NCBI GenBank assembly: GCA_043228905.1 | Contig: JBHGNT010000020.1 | Span: 5,208,001-5,272,000, forward strand | Source of the DNA: Azolla caroliniana | Taxonomy: Eukaryota > Plantae > Polypodiophyta | Length of the DNA: 64,000 bases | Direction of reading: 5' to 3' | Notes under the pieces: generated by a model | Databases searched by the model: none | What the model was told of the DNA's origin: nothing | Seen by the model: only the letters and a program-made list of their open reading frames with translations | Part shown: positions 38,924-50,433 of the stretch, piece after piece | How positions within the stretch are numbered: the first letter of the stretch is position 1 | Layout: every line of letters starts with the position of its first letter | Program-made: the position numbers and the translations under genes

Positions 38924-41900
38924 TTAAGACAACAAGTGCGACGAGTCGTCTTAGATAGAGGACCTAGCTTTCCAAGATATCGTCGATGAAAGTCCTCAAC
39001 AAGAGCTCGAGCGTTTTACCACATTCTCGACTGGTTCCCAAGTACGCTTGCTTGGAGCATAGCCTAGACAATCGACCAAATAGTAGAGCTTGTTGTGAAC
39101 AATCTTGGAATCGAGGATGGCAACTACTTCGTACTACGGTTCGGCTTGAAGCTTGATCGAGGGTGACGATGGTGTAATATGATTCGGAATAGTGTTGTCG
39201 TGATACGGTTCGAGAAGAGAACTATGAAAAACCAGATGTATCTGTAGTTGTGGAGTTAGATCGAGACGAAAAGCGACATCATTAATTATTCCGATAATAT
39301 GGAAAGGACCTAATCGCCGATAATCCAATTTATCGCATGGGCAAGTAATCTTGATGTGTTATCGTAATAGCCATACCCGATCTCCAATGTTAAATCAGGA
39401 TCGAAGAAGATGACGATCCGCATAATCCTTCTGTGTTTGTTGACCTTGTTGTAAATGAGTAGATAAGTCCGCTTGTATCTTGTGCAGCTGCTCCAAATGA
39501 TCCTCTGCACAAGGATTGGTGGGTAACTCCAGAGTTTCGAATACACACCATTAGGGATGATAGCCCGTATAAGCATAAAATGGTGTAACCCCAGTCAATG
39601 AGTGGATAGAGTTATTATACGCAAATTCGGCAAAGTGGAGAAGATCCGCCCAGTCATCTTGTTAATAGCTTAGAAACCACCGAAGATACTGTTCCAACGT
39701 TTGATTCGTTTGTTTTGCTTGTCCGTCTGTTTGTGACTGATAGGCGGAGGAGAGATTACAAGTGACCTTGAGCATTTTGAAGAGATGCTTCCTGAATTTC
39801 GAGATGAATTGGGGTCCACGGTCATTGATGATGCTATCGGGAATGCCATTATGCCGACATTTTTCTTGTGTGACAGTTTCAGCGGTTTCTTCCAGTACAA
39901 GGCAAAAAATGTGTCATCTTCATATATCGATCTACTACTGTTAAGATCACATTAAATCCCTTTGAAATTGGAAGATCTGTGATGAAATGTAGAGAAATGG
40001 ATTGCCACGGCTTGCTGGGAATTGTTAATGGTTCCAATAAACCATATGGATGATGTCTTGGCATCTTTTCTCTACAACATGTATCACATGTCCAAACATA
40101 GTCTTCAACAAATTGTCGCATATGAGGCCACCACAATGATCATTGTACAAAATCCAACGTTTTAGTACTACCGAAATGCCCAACTGCATATGTGTCATGA
40201 AAATTTTGGACTACTCGAAAGTGACAAGAACCATTAGGAACATACAAGAGTTTCATAAAGAATAGTAATCCATCATGATATTCGAATTGTCGATAGTCCG
40301 CACCTGGTTGTTGCGACTATGAACAAGATGCCCGAGAGGGATCAATTTGTGCTAGAATTGCTTGAACGAAAGCATTTTTCTTCAAGTCTTCATGTATGGT
40401 ATCGATAATGTGGGAATCCAATGGCATATTGAAAACCCATGTTTCTTGTAGTTGTGCCGATCTGAGGATCACTTTCTTTTGATTATCGAATGTTGGCTCA
40501 CCGGGATGCGGTGCTAGATACGAGTGCGGTGATAACGCATCTGCCTTTCCTTGCTGCTTCCTAGGACAATATGTAATTTTGAAACGAGTGAGGAATTGGG
40601 CCCACCAAGCTTGACATCGATTTAATACACGAGCATTCCGGAAGTAGACAAGATTTCTGTGATCACTGAATCGATGACTTGATGAGAAGATCCCTCTAGA
40701 AAATGCCTCCATTGTGTAAAAGAGTCCACTATTGCTAATAGCTCCTTGTCATGAATTTCATAGTTGATTTCGGCGGCGTCAAACTTGCGTGAGTGGAAAG
40801 CCACAAGATGTAGCTTTCCATCATCGCCTTGTTGTGACAAAATGCTCCCCAAGGCAAAATCGGACGCGTTGACCTCAATCATGAACGGTTTTCTCGGATC
40901 AACATGAGCTAGAATAGGAGCTGATGTAAATCCCTTCTTAAGAGTCACAAAAGCCATGTCCGCTTCTTTAGCCCAAACAAACGACTGCCGCTTCTTGGTA
41001 AGTTGTGTGAGAGGCATAATAATCTTTGATTAATCCTGTATAAACTTGTGGTAGAAATTGGCGAAGCCTAAAAAGCATAGCACATCTCGCAACGAACGTT
41101 GAGTCTGCCACTCTACCACAGTTTTAACCTTAGCTGGATCCATAGATATGCCTTCCGAGGAGATGACATAGCCTAGAAACTACATTTTTCCAATTTTGCA
41201 TAAAGATCATGTTCTCAAAGTTGTTTTAGTACTAATAGTACATGAGAATCATGCTCTTGTTGGGTCTTCGAATAAACCAATAGATCATCCAAATAGATTA
41301 TCAAACAAACATCCAAGAGATCTCGGAATATATCATTTGTGTTGGCGTGTTAGTGAGACTGAATGGCATGACCGTATAATCGAAGCGCCCATATCTGGTG
41401 CGAAACCTGGTCTTCCATTTATCTCTTGGTCGGATCCGTATGAGGTTATATGCTCCTCATAAGTCGATCTTTGTAAAGAACCTTGCAACATTGATCCGTT
41501 CTAAAAGACTTGAGATAAGGGGGAGTGCATATCTATTCTTGATGTGACCTTATTCAAGCCACGGTAATCTACGACGAGACAAAGTGATCCGTCCTTTTTC
41601 TTGACAAAGAAAATGAGTGTGCCGGCTGGAAATTTCAAATGTCAAATGAAAATGTTTGCCATATTCTGCTCTATAGAGGCTCGAAGGACTTCTAGCTCGG
41701 TTGGTGACAAATTGTAGATCGGTACCCATGGTGGCTCTTTTCTTGGTTGTAAATCAATGGGGCAATCATACGGTTGGTGGTGAGGAAGCGTATTGGCTTG
41801 TACCTTATTGAACACATCAACATAATGACGATACTTCTCTAGAAGTTGAACTTTGGACTCCTCTTTAATGGTGTTGGAAGGTTTTACTAATATTGCGAAG

Positions 41901-44900
41901 ACAAACATTGCTTCCTTGCGTCCTTCCTGTGAGTAGATCCTCGGGTTTGTTGATACCGAATTTCTCTTGTTCTCCAATCTATGTCTCGGTTATGTAATTC
42001 GAACCATGGTAACCCCAAGACAATTGGATGATCTGGACTACTAATTATATTAAAGGATACTACATACACTAAATTATCTAGGACAGCCTGAATCGGCTCT
42101 AACTCTTCTACAATTTTTCCGGAAGCCATAGGACGACCATCAATAACTACTATAGATGCTGGGCAAGAAAGTTTTCTTAGGGATATCTGATGAGCTTGGG
42201 CAAAATTCCTATCCATGAAGCAAGACTTGGCTCCGGAATCTAAGAGTGCTAAGACATGTATCAGAGAAGTACTTTTAGTACTAACCATTAATTGAGCTAA
42301 GAACACATTGCTAACTTACTTAGAGGAAATGGAACCATGAATGAGCTGCAAAGATCTAGGGTTGTCCAACCAAATGGCTCCTATTTTGGCTGGACTTAAT
42401 CGTTTAACTCTTCTTCTAGTTGACTAAACATTTCAAATTTGTTTGAAAGGCTTGGGCTATTAGGACTATCAGACACTCCTAGAGAAATAGACTTAGGTTT
42501 AGTACTGTTAGTACTAGCGGTTATTTTATTTACCTGTTATCTTGGCCGATGGGGACAATTCATTGCAATATGCCCCGGTCCACCACAATAAAGACATAAT
42601 GGATTTGCCCGATGTTGCTACTTTTCCTCTTCTGATAGTGGCCTGCAATGACGTGTGGTGTTGATTTCTATTCAAGTAGGAGTATTTGTTGGAGACGCAT
42701 TAAATGACTCCCTTAGAAATGGCTTTGCTACAACTAAAGCATAGGTGGTCTCCGATCTTATCCTTGATATTTGGAGTTGACGATCCAAATGTCTTTCGAA
42801 GAGGCGGTTATTGCATCGTACTATGCGACTGATTGCTTCTATCAATGACTTTGGTTCTTTAGGGAAAGTCAAGAGTAAATCCTTGACATCATTACGTAGG
42901 CCATAATGAAATTGCTCCATTAATGCTTGGTCATCCTAGGGGATATCGGAGGCGAGTAGACGGAAATCTGCAGGGTACGTGGAGGCGATCACCTTGACGT
43001 AATCGACGGATTTTGTTGATTGCCGTCCTTATGTTATCAGTATCTTCAAAATAAGCTTTAAACTCGCTTATAAACTCTTCAAAATTGTTTAGTAATGAAG
43101 ATTCCTTTTCTGACAACGGAGCGAACCATGCCAAAGTTGAACCACTTAACAACGTGATGCATCGGTGGGATATTGGGAAGGATGCATTGGAATGACTAAT
43201 CCTACCTGATTAAGGAATCCCCTAAATTATGATCGCATTGATATTCTTGAGCGCTAACAATGGCCATAGTATTAGAGAAAGAAGGGATAAGAGGATCAGT
43301 ATGAAGGGAGGGAGGAGTAAGAAGAAGGAAGGAAAATCGGTTCAAATTGTTAAGAATAGTGATAATGTGTTTAAGACAAAGGGTAATCTTACACTATATG
43401 AGGGCTTTACCAAACTAGTTAGATAGAGTTGTGACTCATAATATATTATATAGATCAAGAGAGACTCAAGAAATTAGGAAAAAAAGATAGAGAAGATGAG
43501 AAAGAGATAAGATTGTTATGATATTCCAACATCAAGACAATACAAAGGAGATAAACTCCACATTCAACTAAGAAACCAAAGACCTTCTTACTACCAATCA
43601 CTCAAACACCACAATTTAGACCCTTCCTCTTTCACTAAGATATCTCTTCCTAAGACTCCCTCTCCTCTATTAGGATTCTCTCCCTATTAGTTGCCCCATC
43701 TAAAATTATCACTTCCTCTTTTATAATTTTCTTATTCTTCCTCGTTCACGCTATTTTTAGAAGTTTTTTATCTCCTATTTTTAGCTAAGACCCAATGACC
43801 TTCTAATCGTCATATCTCCCTCCTCAGAGCTCCGAATTTAGTGATTTAAAATGCTATAGATAGTTCTCTTTATAAGCTTTCTAACCCATATTTAAAAATA
43901 ATATTTGGGTAAAAAAAAAAAGGATTTATGACCATTCCTTTTTTACTGTTTTTTATGGTCCGCTTTTTCTCTTTTTACTTTTCTCTTGGTCTCTTACTTT
44001 TACTTTTGACTTCTTCCTAAGGTCTTGGTTCGTGTTCTTAGCCTCCAAATATGAATTGTCCATACTTTATATTCTTGTAATGTTCAATAACTTAGATTCT
44101 AAAAACACTTTCACATTTAGCCCTCCCCCTTGTTAGAGGCTAAGCCATTTATGGCGAAGCACTTAATGGTAGTACTTAACAAACGAAAGCTCTCTCACCA
44201 ATCTCTTGGCTATAGACAATGAGAGAGATATAATCAAAAAGAAAATAAAAAGATGTGAGTAAAACCTCCGCTAATCGGTAGGAAAAACCTCACATTCTCT
44301 ACAAATAGAAATGATAATCAATATTACCATCATCCTCTTTGTCAATAGAGAGAAAGATGGGTCTACAATATGGACTACTAAGAAAATAATGTATGGGGAA
44401 ACAAGTCCACTTCTTGCGCCCATCCATTGGTATCAACAATATCATGAGTAACTTGGGGAATATAAGTAGGACCCTGAGTTACATACTTTTTAAGGCACCA
44501 TCCGTTGACTCAATAAGAATGACGTGCTCCATCCACATCTTTCAATTGGTAACTTCCGTTGGCATACTTTTTGTGAACCACAAAGGGTCCTTGAATATAA
44601 GCATATCTATTATCATACCTAAGAACTAATGATCCTTCTTCAATGTGGTTACCCTTGTGATTTTTGTCAAATGCCTCCTTTCTCTTCATTGCTTGATTTA
44701 AGTAATGCTCCACGGCTTCTTCTCTTAAATAGTGTAGTAGATGGTTGCTAGCTAAACGACCCATCACATCATTTCCTTTTGAGCGATGTGATGCCTCCAT
44801 TAATCTGTTACTTTTGATCTCAAGTTCGATAGGAAGTAATGCATGTTTCCCATAAACCAAATAAAAAGGAGTAAAACCTATGGAGGATTTATAAGAAACT

Positions 44901-47900
44901 CGATAAGCCCAAAGAGTATCATCCAAATACCTATCCCAAGTTCTTACTTTGTCTTGCACTAACTTTGTCAAATTCTTCACTATAAGCCCATTCACTTTCT
45001 CAACTGCACCATTTGCTTGAGGGTAATAAGGCATTGAATATTGGTGCTTAATCTTCAACTTGCTTAATAGACATGCTAACATTTCACTCCTGAAGCCTGG
45101 TCCATGATCGGATACAATCTCCATGGGAACTCCAAATCTAGTACAATATATTCTTATACACAAATTGGGCTACATCTTTGGCTTTAATCGAGGAAGTTGC
45201 TATAGCTTCAACCCACTTTGTCATGTAGTCAATGGCCACCAAAATAAACTCTTTACCATGTTGAGTTTTGGGAAGAGGTCCTATTGCATCAATTCCCCAT
45301 TTCTCGAATGGAGCAAACACCACAATGGGTTGTAGAGGACCACTTTGTAGATGCCTTATTCCTGCTTTTTGACATGCATCACAAGATCTACACCAATCAT
45401 GCACATCCCTATGTATAGTAGGTCATGTAAAACCAATGAATAAAATCTCTCTTATCATTATATCATGGGCTAAATGCCCACCACAAACTTCTTCATGCAA
45501 CTTAAAGAGTATCTCTATAATCTCACTTTTTGTTAGGAACTCTTTGTAAAACTCCATCTTTCCCTTTGTTGTACAAATCTTCACCCACCAAATGATATTG
45601 TGAAGCCTTTGCCACCAAACGCTTTCTTTGCAAAGCATTGAGGTTATTTGGAAACTCTCCTTTATTAAGAAAATCGTGTACATCCTCTAGGGAGTCTACA
45701 TCTTTGCACATCTCCAAAACACCAACGAAACCTTCCTTGATCTTCTCTAATTGGGTTTGAGCTAATGCATCCGCTTCTTTATTGTATAATCTCCCCACAT
45801 GCTTAACTTGTATCTTTTCAAAAGACCTTAGTAGACTCATTGCTTCTTTATAAAAATTTCTAAGCCCATCACTTTGACATTTCCAATTGCATTGAATTTG
45901 TTTAATTACCAATAAGGAATCCCCCTTAAAAATTAGTCTGTTTATCTTCATAGCTTTACATAGACGAAGACCATAACACAAGGTAGCATATTCCGCTTTA
46001 TTATTTGAATTCACACCACTTAATGTAATACCTTCACTTTTAACTCTTTCTCCTTGAGGATCATTTATAATAATTCCACCCACGGCTACATTTGTGGCTT
46101 TGTGAAATGCCCGATCAAAGAATAAGGTGAATGCATCCTCCATATCCAGTTCGGGAAGTGCATTTTGTAGCTTTACCAAGTCTTCTTCATGAAAATTTTC
46201 TCTAAAGGTGAGAAGATCCGCCAATTTGGCACGCATAGTTGATTCCAATTTGACTTCAAAATCAAACTCCGCCAATAGTAGAGCCCATTTAGCAATTCTT
46301 GCTGAAATGCTCACATGTTGGAGTACATATGGGAGTAATGACATACATGTTAGTGATTATTACAAAATGATGAGGAAGTAGAAAGCTTCTAAACTTTTTA
46401 CAAGAATGTATAAGAGCTAACATCCACTTTTCTACTTCCAAGAATTCTTTCTCTACATCAGACATGGCTTCACTAATAAAATATATAGGATGCATAAGCC
46501 TATTTTCAAAATCTTGTTGCATAAGAATGGCTCCTATAGCATGAGATCCAACACTAAGAGAAAGAAAGAAGGTAGATGTTCTATCATGTGGCTTTAGAAT
46601 AGGAGCATTACATAATAGTTCTTTTACTCTTACATATTGCTCTTCAGTTGTAGATGTCCACAAGAAGTTGTTGGTGTGGAGAATAATGCGAAAAGGATGG
46701 AGAATTTGAGCCAACATATGAATGAACCGTTTAAAGTAACGAACTTTTTGAACAAAGACCTCCAAATCTTTGACACTCGTGGGTGTTGTCATCTTTTGAA
46801 TTGCTTCAATCTTTGAGCTATCAACTTTGATTCCTTCTTGAGACACCACATGACCAAGCATCATCACCTCCTTTTCACCTATGTGACACTTCTTTGGGTT
46901 GAGTTGCATTTTGCATTCCTCCAATCTCTTGAATGCCAAGTGGACCTTTTCCAAATGGTCTTTCCTGCTACTGTAAATTGCAAAGTCATCCATAAAGACT
47001 CTTAACAAACTTTCCAAAGAATGGTTGGAATATATGAATAACATTTGTGAGTCCAAAGGGCATGCATCGATATGCAAAGCATCCCCATGGAGTGATGAAT
47101 GTCGCCTTCTTTTGATCCTCTTCCGCAATACGAATTTGAAAATAACCTGAATAGCCATCACAAACAGAGTACATTTCATGACCTGCAATTTCATCTAATA
47201 TTTCATCTTGGAAAGGAAGAGGAAAGTGATCCCTCTTGGTAGCCGCATTTAGAGGTTTGTAGTCAACACAAACCCTCCATTTTCCATTCTTTTTAGGCAC
47301 TACCACAATGGGTGAAACCCATTCAGAATCTTCCACTGGGTAAATGAATTGTGCCCACAACAAAGCTTTGACTTCCTTTAATAAGGCTTCCTTTTGCACG
47401 TGACCTAGTCTTCACAACTTTTGTGCAACTGGAGTTGTACCCTCCTTTAGATTTATGTGATGTTGGATGACATCTACACCCCTAATATGAGCATAATCAC
47501 TAATAAAAAGGTTAGGAAATTCTGAAATCAAATTAATAAATTGTTGTCTCTCTTGCCCTTTAAGATCTTTAGAAATCATCTTCTCTTTCTGCTCCATAGT
47601 AATTAAACCTCCTTCATCATCTTCTTCCTTCAAAACGGCATATGATGTTGTCATTTCCCATTCTAATGAGGAATCTTCACTTTCATCACTTTCATATGCG
47701 GACCCGCTATCATATTCAGTTATTCCATCTTCTTCTTTCTCAATAAGTCGTTGTTGCCGCATATCATAATGTATGCTCACTCCTTTTGATGGCGTTATGG
47801 TCATCAAACCTTTGCTCCAATCTTGGACAACATTGAGTTCTTGCATCCATGGTCTTCCTAGTACCAAAGAATATGACGGTCCTTTTAGTGGTATTACATG

Positions 47901-50079
47901 AAAATCCATCGAAATGCTTACCCCAAAACACTTGATGACCACATCCTCCACTATCCCAATGCAATGGACCACTCCACCATTGGCTACAACCACCCTTGCT
48001 GAAGATAACCTACTAATAGGAATTCCCACTTTGTTTACCACAAATTCAGAAATCAACCTTACTCTAGCACCACTATCAACCAAGGCATCTTTGATGTGAA
48101 ACCCTTTGATGGAGACAGGGATGGTTGGTCGTATGTCCTTTCGATCTTCTACTCGCACAATCCCCACATAATGCACAATCTTCCGACTTTGGCAAATACT
48201 TGCAAGCCGTCCCCACTCCTTTCGTAATGTGGGAGATAATTGGAGAAGTTGTGGCCATGTTATCCTTGGTCCACTTGATATCAACTCATGCTTCAAATTG
48301 AAAGCCTCTACACCTTCTTCACCCATAGGAATGTCCTCCATCTTGATCTTCCTTCTAGAGTGTCTCCTTCTCAATTTCTCCTCTTTCTCATTCTCCTTAG
48401 ACTTCTTCTTTTGTCTTGAGGCACTAGATTCTCCTTCAACTTCTTTCTCCTTTTGTGAGGACCTTGTCCTTTTCACAGGAGCTACTTCACAAGAATTATC
48501 ACTATCATCAATAAAATCAAGAAGATTCACATTATGAGGAATTATAGGAACCTGAGCCATAGGAAGTGTTATGGCTTTGCCTCCTTCGACTCCATTGTTG
48601 TTAGGCGTTGTCCATTCCTTTGCACTTGATACATGCCTCTTCCCATGCCTCTTTGTTGTCGATGAGGACATCTTGTTGAGATGTGTCCCTCCTCTTGAAA
48701 AGAATAACAAATTACACCTTGATGCCCTCTAGAGCCACCACCATCGGGAATAATGTTGTGAATTGCTTGGGATTGTCGCAAGTGGGCCATCACTTCATCA
48801 AAGCGTCGATTCACCAATGCCATTGTATCTTGTTCACTCTTCACTTGTTCCACTTCTTGAGATATACTTGTTGGGTTTATTTCATACTCAATGAAACCAA
48901 GTGGTGATTCCATCATTAGTCGAAATAACTCTTCCCTTACTTCGGTTGCACTTCGTCGTTGAATATATTTGGCACGAAATTGGTGCACCAACAGTTGATA
49001 TGCTCCTTGTTGATTTGGTGGAAGAGAGTCATACCAATCTCGAGCTTGACCATAGAATGTTGCTACCAACAAAGGTAACTTCTCATTGTCGGTGATGCGT
49101 CCAATAGAGACAACATGATGCTCAAAGGATGCCAAAAAGGCACTAGCATCTTGTATTCTTTCACCTAAAAATGCAAACTGCATAGCTAAGTTAATGTAGT
49201 ATAGTAACACAATTAAAGGATAAGTTCTCCTCCTATACGGAAAGGATCAGCCCTCCCTGGAGCGCCAATAATGATAGTGTGTTTAAGACAAGGGGTAATC
49301 TTACACTATATGAGGGCTTTATCAAACCGGTTAGATTGAGTTGTGACTCATAATATATTATATAGATCAAGAGAGACTCAAGAAATTAGGAAAAAAAGAT
49401 AGAGAAGATGAGAAAGAGATAAGATTGTTATGATATTCCAACATCAAGACAATACAAAGGAGATAAACTCCACATTCAACTAAGAAACCAAAGACCTTCT
49501 TACTACCAATCACTCAAAAACCAATATTTAGACCCTTCCTCTTTCACTAAGATATCTCTTCTTAAGACTCCCTCTCCTCTATTAGGATTCTCTCCCTATT
49601 AGTTGCCCCATCTAAGACTATCACTTCCTCTTTTATAATTTTCTTATTCTTCCTCGTTCACGCTATTTTTAGAAGTTTTTTATCTCCTATTTTTAGCTAA
49701 GACCCAACGACCTTCTAATCGTCATATCTCCCTCCTCAGAGCTCCGAATTTATCTCTTTACAAGATTTCTAACACATATTTAAACATAATATTTGGGTAA
49801 AAAACGAAGGATTTATGACCATTCTTTTTTTACTGTTTTTATGGTCTACTTTTTCTCTTTTTACTTTTCTCTTGGTCTCTTACTTTTACTTTTGACTTCT
49901 TCCTAAGGTCTTGGTTCGTGTTCTTAGCCTCCAAATATGAATTATCCATACTTTATATTCTTTTAATGTTCAATGACTTAGATTCTAAAAACACTTTCAC
50001 AAATAGTACTGAAACAGAGAGGGAATTAGTACTAAGAGATGAAGATTAGTACTCAAAGGAAAAGAGGGTGTAGAACAGT

Positions 50080-50155
<76 letters not shown>

Positions 50156-50433
50156 ACAAAAGGATATATTATGTGAAAAGAATATACAAGGATAGCTAGG
50201 AGGCTTAAGACTAGCATTGAACCGATTTAGTTCTCGATAATGCCATGTGCCTCTTTTTATAGTGAAATGTTCCAGAGAAATCTAGAATATACATGGATTT
50301 CCTAAGTGAAATAATAAATGGAAATCATATTTTTTATATTACAATGTATAGCTTAATGGTAAAGCTTTTGCCCAAGTGCCACAAGGTCATGGGTTCAAAT
50401 CTTTTTGAAGCCATACCATGCTAAATCATTACA
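38924..50433 (-). mobile_element. Tcn1-like chromoviral Gypsy E; 3' LTR missing, 5' LTR (43348-43359 plus 50007-50433) interrupted
   Basis: gag LSGSTLAWFAPL, FHYGLRNDVKD, knuckle CLYCGGPGHIAMNC; PR LLDSGA; RT; [18 protein letters not shown]; INT PWQSISLHFITDLP; chromodomain YEVVAILDSK...TWEP near 39000-39140. LTR termini TGTAATG (50433) and TTAACA (43348) on the minus strand. Confidence 0.88.
43360..50001 (-). mobile_element. Tat-lineage Ty3/Gypsy F with additional RNase H (RT-RH-aRH-INT), full length but degenerate
   Basis: LTRs 43360-44115 and 49272-50001; TSD AATAG; PBS TGGCGCTCCAGGGAGGG (49251-49267); PPT just inside 44115. RT DGYSGYFQI/FMDDF; aRH FTLFFD...NNKAEY...GDSLLVIKQ...NKEADALA; INT FEKWGIDAIGP, YYPQANG. 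Confidence 0.93.

Noticed and set aside
50345-50405. Functional tRNA gene here or at 63188-63253
   Set aside because: A/B boxes are present, but convincing acceptor and anticodon stems could not be built. Reported only as tRNA-like.
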